Of a DNA stretch of 64,000 nt, positions 31,217 to 40,748 are shown in pieces. Every line of letters starts with the position of its first letter. Position 1 is the first letter of the stretch. The notes under the pieces were generated by a model that did not search any database, had not been told where the DNA came from, and saw only the letters and a program-made list of their open reading frames with translations. The stretch is from an uncultured Rhodobacteraceae bacterium (GTDB taxonomy: Bacteria > Pseudomonadota > Alphaproteobacteria > Rhodobacterales > Rhodobacteraceae), in contig CALKJA010000011.1 in assembly GCA_937995865.1 (NCBI GenBank), positions 4,635 through 68,634 on the forward strand, written 5' to 3'. Both the position numbers and the translations under genes were made by a program.

Positions 31217-32364
31217 CGTATCGCGATGACATCTGGCTTTCGCCAGAGGCAGGGAACTTTGCAACGTTCCGGGCTTTGGTTGAGCAAAAAACCAATCCGG
31301 CAGACTGGCCATTGGCCGCTGAGATCGCGGGCAACGCGTTGCTTTACGATGGAGAGATGGTGCGCGCGGCCGCGCCGGACCGGGCCAAACGCGAAGATGT
31401 GATGGCTGAATGGGCCACAGCCCTGGCGAAAGGGCCGGGGATTATCGTGATCCGTGACGGGGTATCATCGGACGCATTGGATGCCGCGACCGAACTTTTT
31501 TCGGGTATGATCATCGCGCAGCGGGCCACTGGCGAGGGCGGAGGCGATCACTTTGCCAAGCCCGGCGCGAATGACAGGATTTGGAACGCCGCTGAAAAGC
31601 ACTGCGTGGCAGATCCGGCGGGCTTTGCGCGGTACTATTCCTCTGACGCGATTGCGATGGCATCAGAGGCGTGGTTGGGCCGTGGGTATCAACTGACTGC
31701 GCAGGTCAACCGCGTGAACCCGGGCGGCTCCGCTCAGACACCGCATAGGGATTATCACCTTGGGTTCATGACGCCCGATCAGATGGCGGCATACCCTTCC
31801 CATATCCACGGGGTCTCGCCCTTGCTGACATTGCAGGGGGCGGTGGCCCATGTGGACATGCCGCTTGAGACTGGTCCAACGCTCTATTTGCCGTATTCGC
31901 AGCTCTTCTTTGAAGGGTATCTGGCCTATGGCCGCGCGGAGTATCAGGCGTATTTTGCAGAGCACCACGCGCAACTGCCGCTGACAAAGGGTGACTGTGT
32001 GTTCTTCAATCCGGCGGTGATGCACGGGGCGGGGACCAATGTCACAAAAGATCGTGAAAGGCTGGCTAATCTACTGCAAGTCGGCTCTGCCTTTGGCCGC
32101 TCAATTGAATCCGTCAACCGCGCGGCGATGGTACAAGCACTGTATCCGACCCTTCAGAACATGGCAGGAACTGAACGTGCCAACGCGATTGCGGCAAGCG
32201 CTGAAGGCTATGCCTATCCCACCAATCTGGACGTCGATTTGCCTGTGGGCGGGCTTGCCCCTCTCACGCAGGCGCAAATCGTGGAACAGGCGCTTGCGGA
32301 CGGGACAGAGCCCGCTGTCTTTAACGCGCTCATTGACGCAAGCGAAGCACGCCGGCGGTCTTAA
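31213..32364 (+). CDS. Phytanoyl-CoA dioxygenase (PhyH) family protein
   Basis: HxD motif QTPHRDYHLG, GPTLYLPYS, distal His in FFNPAVMHGAG; overlaps the aldolase stop. Confidence 0.85.
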   Translation: MTYRDDIWLSPEAGNFATFRALVEQKTNPADWPLAAEIAGNALLYDGEMVRAAAPDRAKREDVMAEWATALAKGPGIIVIRDGVSSDALDAATELFSGMIIAQRATGEGGGDHFAKPGANDRIWNAAEKHCVADPAGFARYYSSDAIAMASEAWLGRGYQLTAQVNRVNPGGSAQTPHRDYHLGFMTPDQMAAYPSHIHGVSPLLTLQGAVAHVDMPLETGPTLYLPYSQLFFEGYLAYGRAEYQAYFAEHHAQLPLTKGDCVFFNPAVMHGAGTNVTKDRERLANLLQVGSAFGRSIESVNRAAMVQALYPTLQNMAGTERANAIAASAEGYAYPTNLDVDLPVGGLAPLTQAQIVEQALADGTEPAVFNALIDASEARRRS

Positions 32365-33671
32365 ACATACGCTCCAAATAGGGCAAACAAATTGACACGC
32401 GCACGCAGGCGCGTGGCCAAAAGAAACATGCCGATCAGCTTGCGCTGCACATACAGCGCTTCAACCGGGGGCACATGCGTATAGGCAGGATCATCGGCCA
32501 AAGCCATTCCGCGTTCTGTCATCTCTCGGCGCAAGTCACTTTGGCCAAAATCGTACCAGCCGTCTGAGGTAATGCCGCCCAGCAGAAGCTCCAAGAGGTC
32601 AAGAAACGTTGCTCTGTGTGAGGGCCCCATAAGCGGGCCGAATGCACCCATTGCCTCTAACCCCGCCTCCATACCGGCCCGATCTTTGTCGATAATCGCG
32701 CGCAGAAGCGTGCCATAGGCGGAGCGTATGTCAGGGTCAACGCGCCGGGCTGCGCCGAAATCCAAAAGTAGGATCGTGCCATCCTTGCGCAAGCGATAAT
32801 TGGCGAAATTCGGGTCAGATTGCATGTGACCCAATTCAAAAAGCTCTCTGAAAGTTAGGTCCAGCAGGGAATGCAGGGCGCCGTCGCGCGCTGCTTGATC
32901 AGCGTCGTCCAGAGTTTCGATCGGCGTTCCGCGCAGAAAATCCATCGCCAGCACATTGCGCGTTGAAAGCGCCTCGCAAAAGTCCGGAACTGCAAAGCGC
33001 GCATCTCCGCTCAACCATGTCCCAAAGCGCTGCAGCTCAGCGGCCTCGCGCAGGTAGTCAGCTTCTTCGTGAAGCTGGCGTTTGGCGACATCAAGAAGTG
33101 GTGCTAGCTCGATCCCTTTGGGGACCATCCCAGACATACGCACAAGCGTGCCTACATTGGAGACATCGCTATCGATGCTTTCGCGGATGCCGGGATATTG
33201 CACTTTTATCGCAAGATGCCGGCCATTTAGATCCGTTGCCTCATGCACCTGTCCGATCGATGCGGCCGCAATCGGGCGCACGTTGAACCGCTGAAACCGC
33301 TTCATCCAGCCCGGTTCCCATTCTGCATCCAGCACGTCGCGCAGTTGTTTTGGAGGCATGAAATCCGCATCTGAGCGCAGCCGCGAGATGATGTTGGACA
33401 GCTCGGGCGGCAGAACGTCACCCGCATCCATTGAGATGAGCTGCCCCACCTTCATTGCGGCCCCGCGCATGCGCGCGAGCTCTGCTGTGAGCCGCCCGAT
33501 ATTACCCGGTGTCAGCGCCAAATCGCGCAGGGTGGGCGCGCGGCCGGACAACAGCTCACGCGCACCGCCCAGTGCCATGTTGCCCGCTATTCCAAGCCCC
33601 GCGCCCCCCAGACGGGCAGCGCGGACGGTGCGGCCTACAGGCACGCGGCGGGGTTTGGCAGTGTCGTTCAT
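32361..33671 (-). CDS. AarF/UbiB (COQ8-like) atypical kinase
   Basis: MRGAAMKVGQ (KxGQ), AAASIGQVH, AIKVQYPG, QSDPNFAN, LLDFGA. Confidence 0.9.
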   Translation of the reverse strand: MNDTAKPRRVPVGRTVRAARLGGAGLGIAGNMALGGARELLSGRAPTLRDLALTPGNIGRLTAELARMRGAAMKVGQLISMDAGDVLPPELSNIISRLRSDADFMPPKQLRDVLDAEWEPGWMKRFQRFNVRPIAAASIGQVHEATDLNGRHLAIKVQYPGIRESIDSDVSNVGTLVRMSGMVPKGIELAPLLDVAKRQLHEEADYLREAAELQRFGTWLSGDARFAVPDFCEALSTRNVLAMDFLRGTPIETLDDADQAARDGALHSLLDLTFRELFELGHMQSDPNFANYRLRKDGTILLLDFGAARRVDPDIRSAYGTLLRAIIDKDRAGMEAGLEAMGAFGPLMGPSHRATFLDLLELLLGGITSDGWYDFGQSDLRREMTERGMALADDPAYTHVPPVEALYVQRKLIGMFLLATRLRARVNLFALFGAYV

Positions 33672-33702
33672 ACCCAGCAACTAAGGCCGCGCAGTCTCAT
33701 TG

Positions 33703-36700
33703 TCACTGCGCTGCGACGCTTGGCCCCTCTGATGCCGCCAGCAATTCCGCATTCCCGCCAGATGCGGTTGTGTCCACACATGTCACTTGCTCAGTCGTCA
33801 GCCAGCGGCCAAGGGCGCGCGCGGTGACCAAAGGCACAATCGCCCCGTCGCGTGCAGCACAGGCCACAGCCCATGCTTGATCTGGATCGCCCCAATGGAT
33901 CACAGCGCTAAGGGTGCCCGCTGCGGCATCCTTTGGCGTGGCATCCCCGTTTTCAATGATGTGCTCACATCCCAATGCGCGGGCGGCGGCGGCCTGTGTC
34001 GCGGCAAGATCTGAACCCGGACCTGCGCAGAGCACGCCGTGGCGCGCGCCGGTCCGATAGGTGTTTGCCTCGCCCGTTGGGCCGGGAAGCGGCACGGGTG
34101 CAGGCGAAAGATCAGCATCTTCAGCCCCTTGCACAAAGGCGCTCATGTAGCGCGGGCCACCTGCTTTTGGTCCTGTTCCGCTGAGCCCATGCCCGCCAAA
34201 AGGCTGGCTTCCCACGACGGCGCCGATTTGGTTGCGGTTGATGTAAAGGTTCCCGGCTTCGACCCGGTCCACAATATGCTGCACGCGCCCATCGATGCGT
34301 GTGTGAAGGCCAAAGGTCAGACCATAGCCTGTTGCGTTGACTGCATCGATCACGGCGTCCAGCTCATTGGATTTAAACGTCGCGATATGCAGGACAGGGC
34401 CAAAAATCTCTTCTGTCACATCCGCGATACCGTCGACGGCGATCACCGCTGGGCCAACAAAAGTGCCGGTGTCAGGGGCGGCCACTTGTTTAAGGCACCG
34501 TGGCCCGGCGGCATCGACATAGGACTGGATGCGCGTCTGCGCTGTGTCGTCAATCACCGGGCCGATATCTGTCGCGGGGTCAGAGGGATCCCCCAAGCGC
34601 AACGCGTCAATCGCGCCAAAGAGCATGGTTTTCAGGCTCTCGGCGATGTCTTCTTGCACATAGAGCACCCGCAGAGCCGAGCAGCGCTGCCCGGCAGATT
34701 GGAACGCTGAGGCGACGATATCGCTGACCGCTTGTTCAGGCAGCGCGGTGCTGTCGACGATCATCGCATTGATGCCGCCGGTTTCGGCGACAAGCGGGGT
34801 GCCGGGCGGTTGATGCGCGGCCAGTTCACGGTTGATCCGTTGGCCGGTGGCAGTAGAGCCTGTGAAACAAACGCCGCCGGTGTTCCGGTGGCGGCACAAA
34901 GCCGGGCCCACGATCCCACCTTCGCCCGCAACAAGCGCAAGCGCTGTGGCGGGTACGCCTGCGTCGTGCAGGATTTCAACAGCACGTCGCGCGATCAGCG
35001 TTGTTGCCTCAGCCGGCTTTGCGATCACCGCATTGCCCGTTGCAAGGGCGGCTGCAATCTGACCCGTGAAAATCGCAAGTGGGAAGTTCCACGGTGAGAT
35101 GCACAGAACCGTGCCAAGCGGTGCACCACTTTGGCCCGCTGCGCAGGCTGCATAATACCGCAAGAAATCAACGGCTTCACGCAATTCCCCAATGCAATCT
35201 ATGAGGGTTTTTCCGGCCTCATCCATGAGCAGGGCAAAGAGCTCTGGCCCTGCGGCCTCATAAGCATCTGCGGCGCGGTTCAGGATTGCGGCCCTCTCTG
35301 CGACGGGCGTATCCCAAGGGTGTAAAGCATCGGCTTGGGCTTGCGCGGCTTGTGCATCCACAAACGCAACGCGCCCAACTTCGGCGCCTGTTGCGGGGTT
35401 AAGAACGGGTGCACCTGACCCGCTGACACGAGCGGCACGGGCCGCGGCCACGTCCGCCATAAGCGCAGACTGCACGCCAGGATCGCCAAGGAACCAGCCG
35501 TTCGAATTCTCGCGCTCAGGCGCAAAAAGCTTGGCAGGCGGGATCACGGCTGCATTCGTGCCAAGTGTTTCAAGGGCCGCAAACGGATCTGCTGCTACAA
35601 GCTCAGGGGCAACATCTTCATCCACGATCTGATTGACAAAAGAGCTGTTGGCCCCGTTTTCCAACAAGCGCCGGACAAGATACGCAAGCAGATCCTTATG
35701 TGCGCCGACGGGTGCATAGATCCGGCAGCGGGTGTTATGCGCGCGCAGCACGTTGGTGTGCATCGCCTCACCCATGCCATGCAGACGCTGAAATTCATAA
35801 GCGACGTCTTTGGGCGCCATATCGAGAACAGCTGCCACCGTATGTGCGTTATGGGTGGCGAATTGAGGATAAATCCGGTCGGCCATGTCAAAAAGCTTCC
35901 GCGCACAGGCGATATAGCTCACATCTGTTGCAGGCTTTTGGGTGAACACGGGGAAACCCGGCCAGCCTTCGACCTGCGCCAGCTTAATTTCGGTATCCCA
36001 ATATGCGCCTTTGACCAACCGCACCATAACGCGGCGATCAAGGGCCGAGGCGCGGGCATAGATCCAATCCAGCACCGGGGCTGCGCGTTTGGAATACGCT
36101 TGCACCACGATCCCGAACCCATCCCAACCCTTAAGAGCCGGGCTGCTCAGGACGGCATCGATCACATCAAGCGATAGGTCCAGCCTTTCGGCCTCTTCGG
36201 CATCAATATTCAGCCCGATGCCCGCCGATTTGGCCAGCGATGCAAGTGACAGAACGCGCGGCACCAATGCTTCCAACACTTGGGCTGCTTGGAGCGGCTC
36301 ATAACGGGCATATAGCGCGGAGAGTTTGATTGAGATGCCGGGATTCTCCGCGATATCCGCGTGGACTGCGCCCTTGGCGATATCGGCAATCGCATCGGCA
36401 TAGGCCATATGATAGCGCCGTGCGTCCGCTTCGGTGCGGGCCGCTTCGCCTAGCATGTCATAGGAATAGGTAAAACCTTTGGCCTCCATCCCTTTGGCGC
36501 GTGTCATTGCCTTGCCGATGGTTTCTCCCAGCACAAACTGGCGGCCCATTTCTTTCATCGCCTGGCCAACGGCACGGCGGATTACGGGCTCACCTACCCG
36601 TTTGATCGCGTGGCGCAGCACGGACGTGACGCCGCGCTGATCATCGTCCAGCACTTTGCCGGTCAGATAGAGCGCCCATGTGGAGGCATTAATCAACGGC

Positions 36701-37032
36701 GAATGGGAGCCGCCGATATGGGCCGACCACGCAGAGGGCACGATCTTGTCTTCGATCAGATCATCAATGGTGGCCGCATCCGGCACCCGCAAAAGCGCCT
36801 CGGCCAAGCACATCAGGGCCACACCCTCTTCAGAGGACAGTCCATATTCCTCAAGGAAGAGCTCCATGAGCGAGGGATCTGAATCCTCGCGGATTTCGCG
36901 CACCAGATCAGCGCCAGAGGCCGCGATGCGAGCCCGGTCCTGTGCGGAAAGGGCTGCGGTTTTGGACAGCTCTGCAAGCAAAGCCTGTTCATCTGCAAAC
37001 GTAGCGGTGCGGATTGCGGTGCGTAGATCCAT
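33703..37032 (-). CDS. putA: Bifunctional proline dehydrogenase / P5C dehydrogenase
   Basis: SYDMLGE, NIDAEE, RLVKGAYWD, FATHN, EFQRLHGMG, RRLLENGANSSF, ISPWNFP, ETGG, SAGQRCSA. Confidence 0.97.
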   Translation of the reverse strand: MDLRTAIRTATFADEQALLAELSKTAALSAQDRARIAASGADLVREIREDSDPSLMELFLEEYGLSSEEGVALMCLAEALLRVPDAATIDDLIEDKIVPSAWSAHIGGSHSPLINASTWALYLTGKVLDDDQRGVTSVLRHAIKRVGEPVIRRAVGQAMKEMGRQFVLGETIGKAMTRAKGMEAKGFTYSYDMLGEAARTEADARRYHMAYADAIADIAKGAVHADIAENPGISIKLSALYARYEPLQAAQVLEALVPRVLSLASLAKSAGIGLNIDAEEAERLDLSLDVIDAVLSSPALKGWDGFGIVVQAYSKRAAPVLDWIYARASALDRRVMVRLVKGAYWDTEIKLAQVEGWPGFPVFTQKPATDVSYIACARKLFDMADRIYPQFATHNAHTVAAVLDMAPKDVAYEFQRLHGMGEAMHTNVLRAHNTRCRIYAPVGAHKDLLAYLVRRLLENGANSSFVNQIVDEDVAPELVAADPFAALETLGTNAAVIPPAKLFAPERENSNGWFLGDPGVQSALMADVAAARAARVSGSGAPVLNPATGAEVGRVAFVDAQAAQAQADALHPWDTPVAERAAILNRAADAYEAAGPELFALLMDEAGKTLIDCIGELREAVDFLRYYAACAAGQSGAPLGTVLCISPWNFPLAIFTGQIAAALATGNAVIAKPAEATTLIARRAVEILHDAGVPATALALVAGEGGIVGPALCRHRNTGGVCFTGSTATGQRINRELAAHQPPGTPLVAETGGINAMIVDSTALPEQAVSDIVASAFQSAGQRCSALRVLYVQEDIAESLKTMLFGAIDALRLGDPSDPATDIGPVIDDTAQTRIQSYVDAAGPRCLKQVAAPDTGTFVGPAVIAVDGIADVTEEIFGPVLHIATFKSNELDAVIDAVNATGYGLTFGLHTRIDGRVQHIVDRVEAGNLYINRNQIGAVVGSQPFGGHGLSGTGPKAGGPRYMSAFVQGAEDADLSPAPVPLPGPTGEANTYRTGARHGVLCAGPGSDLAATQAAAARALGCEHIIENGDATPKDAAAGTLSAVIHWGDPDQAWAVACAARDGAIVPLVTARALGRWLTTEQVTCVDTTASGGNAELLAASEGPSVAAQ

Positions 37033-38090
37033 TAGTCTGCTCCTTGGGCGCGCGTGACCATGCCAAACAGATCACGAGGATCATCAGGGTCCGCAATCAT
37101 ATCAAGATTGATGTAGTGTCCGGTTTTCTCAAGCTGGCGGTGCACATAGCGCAGGGCGCTGAAATCTTCGGTCGCAAAGCCGACCGAATCGAACAAAGTG
37201 ATCTGTGAGCTGTCCGTGCGGCCGCTTTTGCGATCCGTGATCACTTCCCAAAGCTCTGTGACGGGGTGATCGGGGTTCAGCTGCTGAATTTCGCCTTCAA
37301 TCCGGGTTTGCGGTGGGTATTCCACGAAAATGTCAGACCGCAGAAGGATATCGCGGTGCAGTTCCGTTTTGCCGGGGCAATCACCGCCGATGGCGTTGAT
37401 GTGTTGGCCTGCGCCGACCATGTTATCGGTCAGGATCGTCGCGTATTGTTTGTCGGCGGTGCAGGTTGTGATGATATCCGCGCCGGTCACTGCCTCTTGC
37501 GCAGTGGCGCAGGCGGTAACGGTTAGCCCGCTGTCTTTCAGGTTTTTCACAACCTTTGCCGTTGCGGCTGGATCGATGTCATACAGCCGGACATCGCTGA
37601 TCTCCAAAATCCGCTGGAAGCCGAGCGCCTGAAATTCGCACTGCGCGCCGTTGCCGATTAGGGCCATCGTTTTGGCCTCCTTGGGCGCAAGATGTTTGGC
37701 CGCAACGCAAGACATTGCAGCAGTGCGGAGCGCGGTCAGCACCGTCATCTCAGACAACAAGATCGGATAGCCTGTATCAACCCGCGCTAGCAGGCCAAAG
37801 GCGGTGACAGTCTGATACCCGCGCGCCATGTTCGCAGGGTGGCCGTTCACGTATTTAAAGCCATAGGTTTCACCGTCGGAGGTTGGCATCAGCTCAATCA
37901 CGCCTTCCTCGGAATGTGAGGGCACGCGCGGTGTTTTGTCAAAATCGGGCCAACGGCGATAGTCAGCCTCAATCTCATCGGCGATGCCCGCGATCATATC
38001 GGCCACGCCAATGGTGTTTAGCAGTTTCATCATATCGGCCACCGAAACAAACGGGACCATCGCAAGGGCAGAAGGTTGGGGGGCGGTCAT
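37032..38090 (-). CDS. ocd: Ornithine cyclodeaminase
   Basis: FDKTPR, GVIELMP, FKYVNGHP, LTALRTAA, GNGAQ, GGDCPGKTE, FDSVGFA. Confidence 0.93.
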   Translation of the reverse strand: MTAPQPSALAMVPFVSVADMMKLLNTIGVADMIAGIADEIEADYRRWPDFDKTPRVPSHSEEGVIELMPTSDGETYGFKYVNGHPANMARGYQTVTAFGLLARVDTGYPILLSEMTVLTALRTAAMSCVAAKHLAPKEAKTMALIGNGAQCEFQALGFQRILEISDVRLYDIDPAATAKVVKNLKDSGLTVTACATAQEAVTGADIITTCTADKQYATILTDNMVGAGQHINAIGGDCPGKTELHRDILLRSDIFVEYPPQTRIEGEIQQLNPDHPVTELWEVITDRKSGRTDSSQITLFDSVGFATEDFSALRYVHRQLEKTGHYINLDMIADPDDPRDLFGMVTRAQGAD

Positions 38091-38106
38091 GTCAGGTTCT
38101 CCGGGG

Positions 38107-39039
38107 TCAGAAGGAACGGGTGGGTTTATCAAGCACTGTGCGTCCCAAAAGCGAGGCCGCGAAATCAACCATCAGGCGGGCTGTCTTGCCGCGCTCATCC
38201 AGAAATGGGTTCAGCTCCACAAGATCAAGCGAGGTCACAAGGCCGCTGTCATGCAGCAATTCCATCACCAAATGCGCCTCGCGAAAGGTTGCGCCGCCGG
38301 GCACGGTGGTGCCAACGGCACAAGCGATGTCCGGTTCCAGAAAATCGACATCAAAGGACACGTGCAACCGTCCATTCGCTGCCGCCACGCGCTCAAGAAA
38401 CCGGGCCAACGGGGCTTTGATGCCGTGCTCATCAATGGCGCGCATATCATGGATATCAAGCGCCAGTTCGTTGATGATGGCGCGTTCCGCCGGATCAACC
38501 GAGCGTAGCCCCAAAGCGCAGAAATGCGCCGGATCAACCGGATGGGTCAGCGGTGGATAATGCCCCTCAAACCCATCGCAGCCCAGAAAATACGCCACGG
38601 GTGTGCCGTGCAAGTTGCCGCTTGTGGTGGTGTCCAGCCGGTGCAAATCAGGATGCGCATCCAACCACAGAACAAAAAGCGGCTGCCCCTGATCGGCAGC
38701 ATGGTGTGCAAGGGCGGGCACGGTGCCCGCAGAAAGCGAGTGATCGCCGCCAAGAATGATCGGCATGTCACAGCTTTGCGCCGCCGCATACGTTGCAGCA
38801 TGCAGCGCTTCGGTCCAGCCGCTAACGGCGGCAAGATCATGCACAGCGCCGTTGGGATGGGCGGCATCACCAACGGGGGCCGGGGTCACGTTGCCTTGAT
38901 CGCGGACGTTGTGCCCAAGGCTTTGCAGGGCTGGTCCAATACCCGCAGTGCGGTAGGCGTCCGGCCCCATAAGACAGCCGCCCTGATCTGTGCCCGATTG
39001 GACAGGCGCTCCGATAAGTGTGATTGATTTGGCGGTCAT
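38107..39039 (-). CDS. rocF: Arginase
   Basis: GGDHS, WLDAHPD, SGNLHG, SFDVD, GTTVPGG, DLVELNP. Confidence 0.95.
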   Translation of the reverse strand: MTAKSITLIGAPVQSGTDQGGCLMGPDAYRTAGIGPALQSLGHNVRDQGNVTPAPVGDAAHPNGAVHDLAAVSGWTEALHAATYAAAQSCDMPIILGGDHSLSAGTVPALAHHAADQGQPLFVLWLDAHPDLHRLDTTTSGNLHGTPVAYFLGCDGFEGHYPPLTHPVDPAHFCALGLRSVDPAERAIINELALDIHDMRAIDEHGIKAPLARFLERVAAANGRLHVSFDVDFLEPDIACAVGTTVPGGATFREAHLVMELLHDSGLVTSLDLVELNPFLDERGKTARLMVDFAASLLGRTVLDKPTRSF

Positions 39040-39127
39040 CTGTTGCTCCATACCTTGCGGCGCCAGAATACCTGTAGCCGCCGCATATTCGCAGTTATCA
39101 GAGTGATCATTTTGAGATATGATATGA

Positions 39128-39159
39128 ACAGTTTGGAAAGAAATGAGACAGTTTGGAAA
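39128..39159. repeat. 12-bp direct repeat ACAGTTTGGAAA x2 (20-bp period) in the rocF/lrp spacer
   Basis: Copies at 39128-39139 and 39148-39159. Confidence 0.6.
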
Positions 39160-39587
39160 TGCGCCCCCTTGATTCTACAGATCGCGCCCTGTTGACGCGG
39201 CTGCGCCACGATGCGCGCACGTCGGTCACGGAACTGGCCAACACGTTGGGTTTAAGCCGTGTCACCGTTACGGCCCGGCTTAAGGCGCTCAAGGATGATG
39301 GGATCATTCGGCGATTTACGATTGAAGCGGCTGAGGCCGTAGAAGAAGAGACGATCCGCGCGACGTCATTGATTGAATTGAACCTAAGCAAAACCGACCG
39401 CGCCCACCGTGATCTTGCCCGGTTTCCTGAGATCACGAGCCTCTATACAACCAATGGAACATGGGCTTTGGTGGCTACACATGAGACGCGCAGTCTGACG
39501 GCCTTTGACGCGCTGCTTAACAGGATGGGTAAGATCGACGGGGTGTTGAATGTTGAGACTTGTTTGCATCTGACACGGATCGTTTGA
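39159..39587 (+). CDS. Lrp/AsnC family regulator
   Basis: LDSTDRALLTRLRHDARTSVTELA HTH; divergent from rocF. Confidence 0.9.
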   Translation: MRPLDSTDRALLTRLRHDARTSVTELANTLGLSRVTVTARLKALKDDGIIRRFTIEAAEAVEEETIRATSLIELNLSKTDRAHRDLARFPEITSLYTTNGTWALVATHETRSLTAFDALLNRMGKIDGVLNVETCLHLTRIV

Positions 39588-39598
39588 GGGGAACAGAA

Positions 39599-40732
39599 AT
39601 GCTAACGCTTGCCAATGCGGAGCTGATCCTGAGCGGCGAACAATGCCGTGGTGCGGTGCATGTGATTGCAGGCCGGATCGCTGATATCAGCACAGGGCGC
39701 TCCGTTCCTAAAGGGGCCATAGATTGCGGAGGTGACTATCTGTGCCCGGGTTTGATTGAACTGCACACAGACAATCTTGAGCGCCATATCCGCCCGCGCC
39801 CCAAGGTCGATTGGCCCCATGCGCAGGCGATTATGGCCCATGACCGGGAGCTTGCTGGAACTGGTATCACCACAGTGTTTGACGCGCTACGGGTCGGCTC
39901 ATTTACGGATCAGAACGGGCGATTTGTGCAATATGCGCGGGGGCTTGCGGATGAGATCAACGCCGTGCGGACAGCCGGGCATCTTAAGATCGCGCATCAC
40001 TTACATTTGCGCGCTGAGGTGTGTTCGGAAACGCTTTTGGATGAGTTAGAGAGCTTTGACCCATCGGATCATGTGGGGCTTGTATCTTTGATGGATCACA
40101 CACCGGGGCAACGGCAATTCACGGATGTCTCCAAGTTCGAGCTGTATGTCCGCGGGAAGTACAGCTTTACAGATGCAGAGTTTGCTGATCACGTCGCGTT
40201 TCTGCGCGGGATGCAGGCCCAGAATGGGGCCCGGCATGAAGTGGCCGCAGTTACCCATGCACAGCGCTTTGGTGCGGTGCTGGCCAGCCACGATGACACA
40301 ACCGAAGAGCAGGTTCAGATCAGTGCGCAACATGGCGTGCGCTTGGCGGAATTCCCAACAACCCAAAGTGCGGCAAGCGCCTGCCGGGCGGCCGGGATTG
40401 GCGTGATGATGGGCGCTCCCAACGTTGTGCGCGGTGGGTCGCATTCCGGCAATGTTGCGGCGGTTGAGTTGGCCCAGGCTGGGCTTTTGGACATTCTATC
40501 CTCTGATTACGTGCCATCGGCCTTGCTGACGGCGGCCCTGATGCTGGCGGATCTTTGGGAGGATTTGCCGCGCGGGATTGCAACGGTGACGGCAGCTCCG
40601 GCCCGCTATGTTGGGCTTGAGGATCGCGGACAGCTGGCAATCGGGCAGCGCGCAGACCTTCTGCGCTTTGCGCGGGCGGGCACTGCTGCTGCCGTTCGGT
40701 CCGTCTACTCGGCGGGCATGCGCGTGGCGTAA
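39599..40732 (+). CDS. phnM: PhnM-like amidohydrolase (ribose 1-methylphosphonate 5-triphosphate diphosphatase)
   Basis: PGLIELHTDNLE, GITTVFDA, MDHTPGQRQF, ASHDD, AEFP, MGAPNVVRGGSHSGN, LSSDYVP. Confidence 0.9.
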   Translation: MLTLANAELILSGEQCRGAVHVIAGRIADISTGRSVPKGAIDCGGDYLCPGLIELHTDNLERHIRPRPKVDWPHAQAIMAHDRELAGTGITTVFDALRVGSFTDQNGRFVQYARGLADEINAVRTAGHLKIAHHLHLRAEVCSETLLDELESFDPSDHVGLVSLMDHTPGQRQFTDVSKFELYVRGKYSFTDAEFADHVAFLRGMQAQNGARHEVAAVTHAQRFGAVLASHDDTTEEQVQISAQHGVRLAEFPTTQSAASACRAAGIGVMMGAPNVVRGGSHSGNVAAVELAQAGLLDILSSDYVPSALLTAALMLADLWEDLPRGIATVTAAPARYVGLEDRGQLAIGQRADLLRFARAGTAAAVRSVYSAGMRVA

Positions 40733-40748
40733 AAGCCGGTGTGCGGAC

